Source: a bacterium (GTDB lineage Bacteria > Zhuqueibacterota > Zhuqueibacteria > Zhuqueibacterales > Zhuqueibacteraceae). Taken from it: a stretch of DNA of 64,000 nt. Of this stretch, positions 19,407-29,150 are shown piece after piece (position 1 is the stretch's first letter; each line of letters starts with the position of its first letter). The notes under the pieces were generated by a model. That model was not told where the DNA came from. It was given only the letters and a program-made list of their open reading frames with translations, and made no database searches. A program made the translations under genes and the position numbers. The stretch spans positions 15,303 to 79,302 of the forward strand of contig JBIOXB010000063.1 in assembly GCA_044869275.1 (NCBI GenBank), given 5' to 3'.

Positions 19407-20342
19407 ATGCCGCGTACACTGGTAACCGGCGGCGCCGGATTCCTGGGATCTCATTTGTGCGAATACCTCTTGAAAAAGGGCCACGAGGTGATCGCCATGG
19501 ATAATCTCATCACCGGCACCACCGCGAATATTGACCATTTGCAGGGCGAGGGCTTTGCTTTCGTGAAGCATGACGTCACCGAGTACATTTTCATTTCAGG
19601 AAAGATTGATTATGTCTTGCATTTCGCTTCGCCCGCCAGTCCGGTGGATTATCTGCAATATCCCATTCAGACTTTGAAAGTCGGCGCTATGGGCACGCAC
19701 AAAGCGCTGGGATTGGCGAAAGACAAGGGTGCGACCTTTTTGCTAGCTTCCACTTCGGAAGTTTACGGTGACCCGCTCGAGCATCCACAGCGGGAGGATT
19801 ACTGGGGCCACGTCAATCCCGTGGGCCCGCGCGGCGTCTACGACGAAGCCAAGCGTTTTGCGGAAGCCATCACCATGGCCTATCATCGCACGCATGGCGT
19901 CGATACCAAGATTGTGCGCATCTTCAACACCTACGGTCCGCGCATGCGACCGAACGACGGCCGCGCCATTCCCGCATTCGCGCCACAAGCTTTGCGCCAT
20001 GAGCCGATCACGGTTTTCGGCGACGGTTCGCAAACTCGCAGCTTTTGTTACGTGGACGACCTGGTCGAAGGCATTCACCGCTTATTGCTATCCGATCATC
20101 ACCAGCCGGTCAATATCGGCAATCCGCACGAGATGACGATTCGAGAAATGGCGGAAACCATCATCCGCATCACCGGCAGCAGAAGCAAAATCGTGGAAAA
20201 ACCCTTGCCCGTGGACGATCCGAAAATCCGCCAACCGGATATCACGCTGGCGAAAAAGCTGCTGGGCTGGAGTCCGACCATCGATCTGCAGACCGGATTG
20301 GAAAGAACCATCGCGTGGTTTCGGCAGACGATGGGCGCATGA
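19407..20342 (+). CDS. UDP-glucuronate decarboxylase (UDP-xylose synthase), extended SDR.
   Basis: [12 protein letters not shown] (Rossmann), [11 protein letters not shown], and STSEVYGDP (catalytic YxxxK region). ~311 aa, typical of UXS. Confidence 0.85.
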   Translation: MPRTLVTGGAGFLGSHLCEYLLKKGHEVIAMDNLITGTTANIDHLQGEGFAFVKHDVTEYIFISGKIDYVLHFASPASPVDYLQYPIQTLKVGAMGTHKALGLAKDKGATFLLASTSEVYGDPLEHPQREDYWGHVNPVGPRGVYDEAKRFAEAITMAYHRTHGVDTKIVRIFNTYGPRMRPNDGRAIPAFAPQALRHEPITVFGDGSQTRSFCYVDDLVEGIHRLLLSDHHQPVNIGNPHEMTIREMAETIIRITGSRSKIVEKPLPVDDPKIRQPDITLAKKLLGWSPTIDLQTGLERTIAWFRQTMGA

Positions 20343-20382
20343 CACAATTTGAATTTGCAATTCTCCCCTTCGCATTTTTAAA

Positions 20383-21477
20383 TTGAGTCTAAGGGCAGTT
20401 TTGACGAGTACCTTGCATACGCGGGTGGTTTTTTCGCCCGAAAAAATCTTGATTCTGCGCCTGAGCTCGATCGGCGACGTCGTGCTGATTTCTCCAGTGC
20501 TGCGCGGCTTGCGCCGGCAGTTTCCGCACGCTGTCATCGATGTGGTAGTCAAGGAGGAATTCGCCGATCTCGTGCGCTATCACCCCTCCGTCAATGCGGT
20601 GCACGTGGTTCGCGCGAAATCTGGCATGCGCGGCTTGTGGCAGCTCGGGCAGGAACTCCGCCGTCGCGGATACGGCACCGTGCTCGATTTACACCGCAAT
20701 TTTCGCACGACATTGCTCGGTCTCCTGTGCGCGGCGCCGCAGCGGCTAGGCCATCGCAAACACCGGGTGCGGCGCTGGCTGTATGTGCGCTTCAAAGTCA
20801 ACACCATGGCGGAGACGCCGCCGATCGTACAACGTTATTTGCGCGCCGCCGCACCGCTGGGCGTGCGGGATGACGGCGAAGGCACGGATATTTTCTGGGC
20901 GCAGCTACACGAAGCAGAAGCGCAAGCCGCGCTGCTGGCCGCGGGCTGGAGACACGATCAAAAACTGATTGGTTTGGCGCCGGGCGCGGGTTACTTTACC
21001 AAGCGCTGGCCTCCAGAGTATTTCTCTGAGCTGATTCATACCCTCCTGCGAGATGGTCAAGAAACAGCCTTCGCGATTTTAGGCGGCCCAGAAGACTGTG
21101 ATCTGGGAAAAATCATGCGCGGGCAACCCCAGGGCCGCATTCTGGACCTGACCGGCCGCTGTTCGTTGCTCGCTTCGGCGGCAATCATCAAGCGCTGCCA
21201 GTTGTTGGTGGCCAATGATTCCGGCTTGATGCACATTGCCGAAGCCGTCCGCACGCCGCTGCTGGCATTGTTCGGCTCGACCACGAAGCCGTTGGGTTTT
21301 TTTCCCCAGCGCTCGTCTTCCCGTGTGCTGGAAAATTCGAAATTGCATTGCCGGCCTTGCAGCCACCTGGGCTATCATGCCTGCCCGCAAGGGCACTTTC
21401 GTTGTATGCGGGAGATTGCACCGGCAGAGGTTTATCAAGTAATACAGACCATGATGGCTGAGTCGCTCAGCCTCTAG
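20383..21477 (+). CDS. Glycosyltransferase family 9 (ADP-heptose:LPS heptosyltransferase-like).
   Basis: ILILRLSSIGDVVL, LIGLAPGAG, and LLVANDSGLMHIAEAVRTPLLALFG are the canonical GT9 blocks. Confidence 0.8.
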   Translation: MSLRAVLTSTLHTRVVFSPEKILILRLSSIGDVVLISPVLRGLRRQFPHAVIDVVVKEEFADLVRYHPSVNAVHVVRAKSGMRGLWQLGQELRRRGYGTVLDLHRNFRTTLLGLLCAAPQRLGHRKHRVRRWLYVRFKVNTMAETPPIVQRYLRAAAPLGVRDDGEGTDIFWAQLHEAEAQAALLAAGWRHDQKLIGLAPGAGYFTKRWPPEYFSELIHTLLRDGQETAFAILGGPEDCDLGKIMRGQPQGRILDLTGRCSLLASAAIIKRCQLLVANDSGLMHIAEAVRTPLLALFGSTTKPLGFFPQRSSSRVLENSKLHCRPCSHLGYHACPQGHFRCMREIAPAEVYQVIQTMMAESLSL

Positions 21478-21568
21478 CATCTTTGCCGATCTCATTTGGA
21501 GGCTCGCTATCTCCAAGTCAACATCACTGCCACGGCCGCCGCGCACGCAGTCTGCAGAAAAAGAGGCC

Positions 21569-21922
21569 TTGACCAAACAAACGGCTCAGCGCGCCGCGCA
21601 ACTAGCACTGGAAAAAAAGGCCGCCGACATCAAGATGCTCCAGCTGCGCCCGTTGACCACGATTGCAGATTATTTTGTGCTCTGCACCGGCACGACTGAT
21701 ACCCACGTGCGGGCCATCGCCGATCACATCGCCGAGCAAATGGAACAGGAGCAGGTCAAGCTCTGGCATATCGAGGGCCGCGAGCGCGCGCATTGGGTCT
21801 TGCTGGATTACGTCGATTTCGTCGTGCACGTTTTCCAGCCTGAAACACGCCAATATTACGGCCTGGAGCGTTTGTGGGGTGATGCGGAGACGCAGGAAAT
21901 TCGGGACGAAAATGGTCTTTGA
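21569..21922 (+). CDS. rsfS: Ribosome silencing factor RsfS (Iojap).
   Basis: ADYFVLCTGTTDTHVRAIADHI...WVLLDYVDFVVHVFQPETRQYYGLERLW is the Iojap/RsfS signature. 117 aa. Confidence 0.85.
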   Translation: MTKQTAQRAAQLALEKKAADIKMLQLRPLTTIADYFVLCTGTTDTHVRAIADHIAEQMEQEQVKLWHIEGRERAHWVLLDYVDFVVHVFQPETRQYYGLERLWGDAETQEIRDENGL

Positions 21923-21937
21923 ATAGTTCATATTCAT

Positions 21938-21973
21938 GGCAATTGTCAATTGACAGTTGACAATTAATAATTG
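21938..21973. promoter_or_regulatory. Palindromic TTGTCAA-TTGACAA operator-like motif with overlapping TTGACA boxes, immediately upstream of argS.
   Basis: ggcaattgtcaattgacagttgacaattaataattg. TGTCAATTGACA (21944-21955) is a perfect 12-bp palindrome. A related TTGTCAACTTGACAA occurs at 50525-50539. Confidence 0.5.
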
Positions 21974-22063
21974 ATAGCTCATGCTGGCGATCCGGTTATA
22001 TGGCTTTTTGCAAATCATGCCGAAGCTCAAGCTTGGGCAACGCTACCACGGAAGGTCGAAGAA

Positions 22064-23713
22064 ATGCCAATGGACGCTGAAAAATATCTGCGTGAAGCTG
22101 TCGCCGCAGGATTGAACAAACTGGGCTGGCCCGCGGAAACGATTGTGCTCAGCCGCCCCCGCCAGGAAGGCTTCGGCGACTTCGCCACCACGGTCGCGAT
22201 GGCGCTCGCAAAGTCGCTCAAGCAATCGCCCAGAAGCATTGCGGAAAAGTTGGCCACCGCACTGGAATATGATCACAGCCTGCTCGCGGAAATCAGCATC
22301 GACGGCCCGGGCTTCATCAACTTCCGGCTGGGTGAAGGCTATTGGCAAAGCCAGGTGGCAGAAGTTTTACAGCAACGCGAGAATTACGGCCGCAGCGCAT
22401 GGGCCGCTGGCCGCAAATGCAACTTTGAATTCGTCAGTGCCAACCCCACCGGCCCGCTCAATGTCGTCAATGCGCGCGCCGCTGCGCTCGGAGACGTGAT
22501 GGCCAGTCTCATGCAAGCCGCGGGCGCGACCGTCACGCGCGAATACTATATCAACGACGCCGGCCAGCGCGTGAAAGCGCTGGGCTATTCCGTGAGCGCG
22601 CGTTACATGGCGCGCTTCGGCAAAGACGAGCCTTTCCCCGAAGACGGTTATCACGGCGAATACGTCAAGGATCTCGCCCAGCGCTTGCAGGAGGAATTTG
22701 GCGATCGCTTCGTCTCATGGTCGGTGGAAGAGCGCAGCGAAAAATTCACCGCGCTGGCGCTGGCGCGCATGACCGCCGCGCAGAGAGAAGTGCTCGACGG
22801 ATATCGAGTGCATTACGACGTTTGGTTCAGCGAACAAAGCCTGCTCTCCGACAGGCGCGAGGAAGAAGTGCTGCGGATTTTGCGCGAGAAAAATTTCACT
22901 TATACCAAGGACGGCGCGCTGTGGTTTGCCTCTTCCCAATTCGGCGACAGTGAAGACCGGGTGCTGGTGAAAAAGGACGGCGAGCCGACGTATTTTCTCG
23001 GCGATATCGCGTATCACATGGACAAATACCGCCGCGGTTTCACGCATTTGATCGATTTGTGGGGACCGGACCATCACGCGCACATCACACGGGTGAAAGC
23101 CGCGCTGGCAGCGCTGGGCTGTGCGCCGGGCAGCTTCGAAGTCTATATCATCCAGCAAGTGAACCTGCTGCGCGGCGGCGAAGTGGTGAAGATGTCGAAG
23201 CGCAGCGGCAATATCATAGAAATGCGCGAGCTGCTCGACGAAGTCGGGGTCGATGCGGCGCGCTACTTCTTCTTGATGCGCAAGCTGGATACGCCGATGG
23301 ACTTTGATCTCGATCTCGCCAAGAAACAAACTGACGAGAATCCGGTTTTCTACGTGCAATACGCGCACGCGCGCGTCTGCAATATCCTGGCTTTTGCCGC
23401 AGAACAGGGCGTGCAAGTCGGTGCCGCTTACGACGCGGGCTTGCTTAAAAAGCCGGAAGAACTATCCTTGCTCAAGCAGCTGTCGGAATTTCCCGAGGTG
23501 GTTACGAAAGCCGCGCAGGCGCTCGAGCCGCATCGCTTGACGATTTATTTGCACGAGCTGGCAAGCGCGTTTCACTCGTTTTATCATCATCATCGCGTGG
23601 TTACGGAAGACCGGGCTTTGACGCAGACGCGTCTGCATCTGGTCGAAGCCGTGCGCATTGTTCTGGGCAATGCTCTGCGCCTATTGCACGTCGCCGCGCC
23701 TGAAAAAATGTGA
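22064..23713 (+). CDS. argS: Arginine--tRNA ligase.
   Basis: HIGH-class motifs (ANPTGPLNVVNARAAALGD, HLGH-type region), KMSKRSGN (KMSK), and the anticodon-binding C-terminus. Confidence 0.9.
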   Translation: MPMDAEKYLREAVAAGLNKLGWPAETIVLSRPRQEGFGDFATTVAMALAKSLKQSPRSIAEKLATALEYDHSLLAEISIDGPGFINFRLGEGYWQSQVAEVLQQRENYGRSAWAAGRKCNFEFVSANPTGPLNVVNARAAALGDVMASLMQAAGATVTREYYINDAGQRVKALGYSVSARYMARFGKDEPFPEDGYHGEYVKDLAQRLQEEFGDRFVSWSVEERSEKFTALALARMTAAQREVLDGYRVHYDVWFSEQSLLSDRREEEVLRILREKNFTYTKDGALWFASSQFGDSEDRVLVKKDGEPTYFLGDIAYHMDKYRRGFTHLIDLWGPDHHAHITRVKAALAALGCAPGSFEVYIIQQVNLLRGGEVVKMSKRSGNIIEMRELLDEVGVDAARYFFLMRKLDTPMDFDLDLAKKQTDENPVFYVQYAHARVCNILAFAAEQGVQVGAAYDAGLLKKPEELSLLKQLSEFPEVVTKAAQALEPHRLTIYLHELASAFHSFYHHHRVVTEDRALTQTRLHLVEAVRIVLGNALRLLHVAAPEKM

Positions 23714-23730
23714 CAGAAAGGCTTTGACTT

Positions 23731-24645
23731 ATGAGTTTGCTCGTGGTTGGGTCAATCGGATTGGATACCATTCAAACCCCGTTCGGCCATATTGATGACG
23801 CCGTCGGCGGCACCGCCGTTTTTTGCGGCGTGGCGGCCAGTTACTTTACGGGCGTGAATTTGGTGGGCGTGGTGGGCGAAGATTTCCCCGAAGCCGAACT
23901 GGATTTTTTGCGCCGGCGCGGCATCGCGCTCGACGGCCTGGAAATCAAACCCGGCAAGAGCTTTCGCTGGGGCGCGAAGTATCATCTCGATTTGAATACA
24001 CGTGAGACCCTGTTCACACACTTGAACGTGTTCGAATCCTTCCAGCCGAAAATTCCGGAAAAATATCGCGACACGCCGTTCGTTTTCCTCGGCAACATCG
24101 GGCCGGATTTGCAGTTGGAGGTTTTGAACCAGGTGAAAAATCCGAAATTCGTCGCGCTCGACACCATGAACTATTGGATCGAAGGCGCGCCCGAAGCGCT
24201 GGCGCGGGTGTTGAAACGCATCGAGGTGCTGCTGGTGAATGATTCGGAGGCGCGCCTGCTCGCGCGCGAGCCCAATCTCGTCAAAGCCGCGCGCCAGATT
24301 CGCGATCTCGGCCCCAAGATCATCATCATCAAAAAAGGCGAGCACGGCGCCGTCATGGTGAGCGACGACAACTACTTTTGGGCGCCGGCTTTTCCGCTGG
24401 AAAATGCTTTTGACCCTACGGGCGCGGGCGATACGTTCGCCGGCGGATTCATGGGGTACATCACCAAGGCGGGAAAATACAACGACGAAACCTTGCGGCA
24501 AGCCGTGGTGTACGGCAGCACCTTCGCCAGTTTTTGCGTGGAAAAATTCAGCCTCGAGCGCATTCGCGATTTGAGCTGGGAGGAAATCCACCGGCGCTTC
24601 GCCGAATTTCAAGCCATGACGGGCTTTACCAGGCCCTGGGAGTGA
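23731..24645 (+). CDS. PfkB-family carbohydrate/nucleoside kinase.
   Basis: C-terminal DPTGAGDTFAGGFMGYI (ribokinase-family anion-hole motif). Confidence 0.8.
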   Translation: MSLLVVGSIGLDTIQTPFGHIDDAVGGTAVFCGVAASYFTGVNLVGVVGEDFPEAELDFLRRRGIALDGLEIKPGKSFRWGAKYHLDLNTRETLFTHLNVFESFQPKIPEKYRDTPFVFLGNIGPDLQLEVLNQVKNPKFVALDTMNYWIEGAPEALARVLKRIEVLLVNDSEARLLAREPNLVKAARQIRDLGPKIIIIKKGEHGAVMVSDDNYFWAPAFPLENAFDPTGAGDTFAGGFMGYITKAGKYNDETLRQAVVYGSTFASFCVEKFSLERIRDLSWEEIHRRFAEFQAMTGFTRPWE

Positions 24646-24742
24646 GCGCCCTCTTTCCGTTCGAGATTTTCCAGCTTGACTTTCCCGCCGCGAACAATTA
24701 TTTTCTTTCGCACAACGACGCACCAAATACGAGGGCCCTGCC

Positions 24743-25351
24743 ATGACTTTAATCATTGATATTTCTCCTCCCCCAGCGCCGCCTCTGCCCAAGGGGAACA
24801 AATGGCCTGCGCAAGGCAAGTGGACATATGAAGATTTCCGCCGCCTGCCGGATGACGGTTTGCGATATGAGATTATCGAGGGGGTATTATATATGTCGCC
24901 CGCGCCGCGAACCAAACATCAAAGATGTGTGCTCAAGCTGGCATACAGATTTGAACAATATAACGAGAAGCACAAAGCCGGGGAAGTCTTCATCTCTCCC
25001 ATAGACGTGTACTTTTCCACTTCAACTACCGTCGAACCGGACATTATTTTCATCTTGCAACCGCGCGTATCGATTGTGCAAGAAGAAAAAATCGTGGGCG
25101 CGCCCGACCTCGCGGTCGAAGTGCTTTCACCCTCGACCGCACACGTCGATCGCGGCAAGAAATTTCAGATTTACGCCCAGGCCGGCGTGCGCGAATATTG
25201 GATCGTCGATACCGAGGCGCGTACGGTCGAGCTTTATGTGCTGCGCGCAGGTGTTTATGTGTTGCTGGGGAAGCACGGCGCGGGTGGGACTGCGCGCTCG
25301 GAGGTTTTGCCCGGTTTTGAGGCAAAAGTAGACGAGATTTGCCCGCCATAG
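24743..25351 (+). CDS. Uma2-family (DUF820) PD-(D/E)xK endonuclease-like protein.
   Basis: YEIIEGVLYMSPAP ... GAPDLAVEVLSPSTAHVDRGKKFQIYAQAGVREYWIVD matches the Uma2 restriction-endonuclease-like pattern (D..E.K). Confidence 0.75.
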   Translation: MTLIIDISPPPAPPLPKGNKWPAQGKWTYEDFRRLPDDGLRYEIIEGVLYMSPAPRTKHQRCVLKLAYRFEQYNEKHKAGEVFISPIDVYFSTSTTVEPDIIFILQPRVSIVQEEKIVGAPDLAVEVLSPSTAHVDRGKKFQIYAQAGVREYWIVDTEARTVELYVLRAGVYVLLGKHGAGGTARSEVLPGFEAKVDEICPP

Positions 25352-25485
25352 ACTACAGTCATTCGATTGGTCGCTGCTGCTTCAACTTCGTACTTTGATT
25401 TCTTCACTCCTACGCCGCTCTTGCTCCGCCGCCATTCGTGCTTGAAAACTTCGACGATACTCATCCTGTCGAAAGGAGTCCCGCC

Positions 25486-26607
25486 ATGACGGCTTTCCTC
25501 AAAACCGCCGAGAGCTATCAGCCCAACGCGCGTACACTGCCGCAGCGCTATTTTGCCACGCCGGAAATCTTTGCACAAGAAAAGGAACATATTTTCACGC
25601 GGCAATGGCTTTGTGTGGGCCATCAAAATCAAATCGTGGAACCGGGAAGCTTTTTTCTGCAAGAGGTGTTGGGCGAAAGTTTGATCATTCTCCGCGATCA
25701 AACGGGGACGGTGCGCAGCTTTTACAATCTCTGCCGGCACCGTGGCACACGCTTGTGCGAAAACAGCAGCGGGCGCTTCAGCCAAAGCATGCAATGCCCA
25801 TATCATGCCTGGACCTACGGCCTCGACGGCCGCTTGCTCGGCGCGCCGCACATGGATCATATCGCGGGCTTTGACAAGGCGGAACATGGGTTGCAGGCAG
25901 CGCACGTGGCGTTGTGGGAGGGTTTTATTTTCGTCAATCTCGCCCCGCAACCTCAGCCCTTTGCCACCGCATTTGCGCCGGTGCTCGGCAAGTTCGAGCA
26001 TTGGAATATTCCTCCACTGCATGCGGCAAAGCGGCTCACATATGACGTGCGCGCAAATTGGAAACTGATTTTTCAGAATTATTCCGAATGCTATCATTGC
26101 CCGCTGGTGCATCCGGCGCTGGCCAAGCTCACGCCTTACGATCAAGGCGAGAACGATTTGGTGGAAGGGCCGTTTTTAGGAGGATTCATGCCCATCCCCA
26201 AAGCCGGCAGCATGACCATGAGCGGCAAGGCTTGCGGCGTGCCGGTGGGCGACATTCGCGACGAGGATGAGCATCGCGTTTATTATTATTCGATCTTCCC
26301 CAACATGTTATTGAGCTTGCATCCAGATTATGTGATGTATCACACGCTCTGGCCGCAGTCGCCCGAACGTGTGCTCATTCATTGCGACTGGCTCTTTCAT
26401 CCCGATTCCTTTGCTGATTCGAATTTCAATCCACACGACGCCATCGAGTTTTGGGACATGACCAACCGCCAGGATTGGCACGTGTGCGAAATGAGCCAGG
26501 CCGGAATTTCTTCGCGCCAATATCGGCCCGGATTTTATTCTCCGCGCGAAAGCATCCCCGCAGCGTTCGACCGGGAGTACTTGAAAGCGCTGCAGTCGCC
26601 GCTTTAG
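25486..26607 (+). CDS. Rieske [2Fe-2S] non-heme iron oxygenase, alpha-subunit-like.
   Basis: CRHRGTRLC...CPYHAW (Rieske CxH-x17-CxxH). The downstream mononuclear-iron region (NYSECYHCPLVHP) is present. Confidence 0.8.
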   Translation: MTAFLKTAESYQPNARTLPQRYFATPEIFAQEKEHIFTRQWLCVGHQNQIVEPGSFFLQEVLGESLIILRDQTGTVRSFYNLCRHRGTRLCENSSGRFSQSMQCPYHAWTYGLDGRLLGAPHMDHIAGFDKAEHGLQAAHVALWEGFIFVNLAPQPQPFATAFAPVLGKFEHWNIPPLHAAKRLTYDVRANWKLIFQNYSECYHCPLVHPALAKLTPYDQGENDLVEGPFLGGFMPIPKAGSMTMSGKACGVPVGDIRDEDEHRVYYYSIFPNMLLSLHPDYVMYHTLWPQSPERVLIHCDWLFHPDSFADSNFNPHDAIEFWDMTNRQDWHVCEMSQAGISSRQYRPGFYSPRESIPAAFDREYLKALQSPL

Positions 26608-26608
26608 C

Positions 26609-26845
26609 TCAGCTTTCATTCTCCACTTGTTTCAGAATGGCGGCCGCATGCTCGCTTTCCACGCCTTGCTGTTGACTTTGCTGGCGCAGCCAGGCCATGA
26701 AATGATTTGCCGTTTCCGCCCGTGAGCCGCCCTGGTGGAGATTGTGCTGAATGAATCCCAACACGCACGCATAATCGCGCTCCGCGGTACAGGCCTCGAA
26801 CAGCCTCAGGCCTTTAGCGAACAGAGCTTTGTCTTCATGGCTCAT
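26609..26845 (-). CDS. Small hypothetical protein (78 aa) downstream of the histidine kinase.
   Basis: ORF only. No motif recognised. Confidence 0.25.
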   Translation of the reverse strand: MSHEDKALFAKGLRLFEACTAERDYACVLGFIQHNLHQGGSRAETANHFMAWLRQQSQQQGVESEHAAAILKQVENES

Positions 26846-27044
26846 GATGATAGCGTCCTCACTGTGACCTGTTCAGACTGTCTTCGCGACCAAAGAGGCA
26901 ATCCAGATGCGCGAAACCGTCCGCGCATTTGTCGATGCCACCAGCTGGTAGGCGTGTCGAGACGCTCCGACGGGGCGTCTCTACGCGGATGGCATGGATT
27001 TCTGCGTTATCCGTGTCAATCCGCCAAATCCGTGTCATCCGTGT

Positions 27045-28505
27045 TCAAGCCGGCAGCGAAATTACAAATTGTGTTCCCTTCCCCACCCCACTGGCGGCCA
27101 CGATGCTTCCTTGATGCTCTTCGACAATCCGCTTCACGATCGCCAACCCCAAACCCATGCCTGATTTTTTGGTGGAAAAATATGGCTCAAAGATTTTTTT
27201 CATATTCTCCGGTGGAATGCCCGGACCGGTGTCGGCGACGCTCAATGCAACGGTGTTTTTTGCCGCGCCCGCGTGAGTTCGGATGGTGACTTTCGCATGG
27301 GGAGAAGACTGCAGGGCATTGGCAATCAAATTGACCAAAACACGGCGCAGCGCTTCAATATCAAAATCAATTTGAGGCAGAGAGGGATCTAGATCAAGCT
27401 CGACGGCGCGCGTGGCATGCAAACGCGCCACTTCTTTGATCAAATCATTGAGCTGGCCGGGCGCGCGATGCAATTCCGGCATGCGCGCGAATTCGGAAAA
27501 CTCACGCACCAGGCGGCGCAGCTTTTCAATTTCCTCAGTGATAATGCCGCCGCACTCCGCCAGCATTTTTTGATAGTCTTCGCTCTCTCCGCGATACTCG
27601 TCCTGCATTTGCTGCACCATCAACTGCATCGGCGTGAGCGGGTTTTTGATTTCGTGCGCCAGCACCCGCGCCATCTCGCGCCACGCCGCCAGTTTTTCCA
27701 GGCCGATGAGTTTTTCCTGCTGCTGCTGCAAATCATTCACCATGGCATTGAAGGCTCTGCCCATTTCGCCGACTTCGTCTTGCGCGCGAATAGTGACGCG
27801 CTGCTGCCAGTCACCCAGTGCGAGGCGGCGTGTACCCGCGGCCAATTCCTCCAGCGGGGCGGTGATGCGGCGCGCGAGATACCAGCCGGCGAGGCCCGCC
27901 AGCAAAAGCATGGGCGCGTAAATCGCAAGAAACACCAGCCACAAGCTTTGCTGCCAGCGTCCTTTTTCCAAATCGATCAAATTGAAATATTGGGACGCGT
28001 GCAGAATATTCGCAGTCTGCTGCCGTAATGCCGGAGCCAGCGTACGCTGTCCCACGGCGATTGCTCCGGGCGGCACGGCCTGCATGAGACGAATGGCGGT
28101 GGAATCACTGCCGGCCTCGAGCGCGGTGTCCGCCGGTAGGGTAGCAAGATTAAAAGACAACAAAAAAGAGGGCGAGGCATCTTGCGGCAGAATCCTGCGA
28201 ATGCCGCCGGCAGCGTCGAGGATTGCCAGCACGTGGGCGGGTTCACGCCAGGGCAGCGAGTCAACGCGCTGCTCGCGCCACGAAACGGCGAAGGCACGAA
28301 GATCGCGGGCAAGCTGTGCGCGTTCGTGCGCATAATTCCTTTGCGCGGCTTGCACCGCCGCCTCCAATCCGGCCGCGATTTCCGCATTCACGCCGAGGCT
28401 CAACGTTTTGTTCAGCAAGCTTTGAATGAGCAGGGCCATCGCGAGCGCGGGCAGAAGCGTCAAGGTGAGAAATGTGAAAACGAATTTTGCGCGCAGCGTT
28501 CTCAT
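27045..28505 (-). CDS. Membrane sensor histidine kinase, NtrY/AtoS-like (TM-HAMP-HisKA-HATPase).
   Basis: HisKA H-box ARVLAHEIKNPLTPMQL. N, G1 and G2 boxes (GPGIPPENMKKIFEPYFSTK, GMGLGLAIVKRIV). Two or more N-terminal transmembrane segments. Confidence 0.85.
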   Translation of the reverse strand: MRTLRAKFVFTFLTLTLLPALAMALLIQSLLNKTLSLGVNAEIAAGLEAAVQAAQRNYAHERAQLARDLRAFAVSWREQRVDSLPWREPAHVLAILDAAGGIRRILPQDASPSFLLSFNLATLPADTALEAGSDSTAIRLMQAVPPGAIAVGQRTLAPALRQQTANILHASQYFNLIDLEKGRWQQSLWLVFLAIYAPMLLLAGLAGWYLARRITAPLEELAAGTRRLALGDWQQRVTIRAQDEVGEMGRAFNAMVNDLQQQQEKLIGLEKLAAWREMARVLAHEIKNPLTPMQLMVQQMQDEYRGESEDYQKMLAECGGIITEEIEKLRRLVREFSEFARMPELHRAPGQLNDLIKEVARLHATRAVELDLDPSLPQIDFDIEALRRVLVNLIANALQSSPHAKVTIRTHAGAAKNTVALSVADTGPGIPPENMKKIFEPYFSTKKSGMGLGLAIVKRIVEEHQGSIVAASGVGKGTQFVISLPA

Positions 28506-29146
28506 GGCAGGCCGGCCCCTCGCAACGGCGGCGAAACCGCCCACTCGGAAAGGCCGTGCGCGCGCTGTTCGCCGCCGAAAAAAAAGGAGATCAGATCGTT
28601 CAAATTCAGACTGAACCCGGAACGGCCTGCCTCTGCGGCCGAGGTTCCGCCTTCGAAATCATTTGAAGTGATGCGTTGCAGGAGCTGCCTGCTTTGTTCC
28701 GCGCTGATGGCGACCACTGCGACCCGCAAGCGCAGCCGGTAGACTGTCGCACCGTCGCGCATCATGCCCTGAAAAAACGCCGTCGTTTGAAAATCTCTCA
28801 ATATCTTTTCCACCTCGGTAAAGGTCGCGGCGAAACGAACGGTGTCCGGAAACGCCAGGCGATAGCGCTGCGCCCAAATGTCGTATTTCACTTCAACCGC
28901 TTGCAGTGCGCGCGCTTTTTCTTTGCCGTCAACCATCAGACGAAAATCGTGTTGCACAATCGCCGGCAAGCCGCTGCGAATGGTACTTACAATTTTTGGT
29001 GCAAACAAGTTTTCGAGCTGCACGCGTGCCAGGATTTTTTCGCCTTGCGGCATAGCAGTCAGGCCGCGAATCTTAGGCTGTTGCGCGCCCAGCGGCCAGG
29101 CAAGGCAGAAGATCAAGCAGAAAACTGTTGTCAGCGGGCGGCGCAT
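28502..29146 (-). CDS. Secreted DUF4390-like protein, translationally coupled to the kinase (ATGA stop/start overlap).
   Basis: Signal peptide MRRPLTTVFCLIFCLAWPLGAQQ. Paralogous to 5514..6191. The stop TGA overlaps the kinase ATG (ccATGAgaacg on the minus strand). Confidence 0.55.
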   Translation of the reverse strand: MRRPLTTVFCLIFCLAWPLGAQQPKIRGLTAMPQGEKILARVQLENLFAPKIVSTIRSGLPAIVQHDFRLMVDGKEKARALQAVEVKYDIWAQRYRLAFPDTVRFAATFTEVEKILRDFQTTAFFQGMMRDGATVYRLRLRVAVVAISAEQSRQLLQRITSNDFEGGTSAAEAGRSGFSLNLNDLISFFFGGEQRAHGLSEWAVSPPLRGAGLP

Positions 29147-29150
29147 GCGT

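Noticed and set aside
23752-24915. 387-aa minus-strand ORF.
   Set aside because: Antisense to the PfkB kinase gene (clear DPTGAGDTFAGGF motif on the plus strand).
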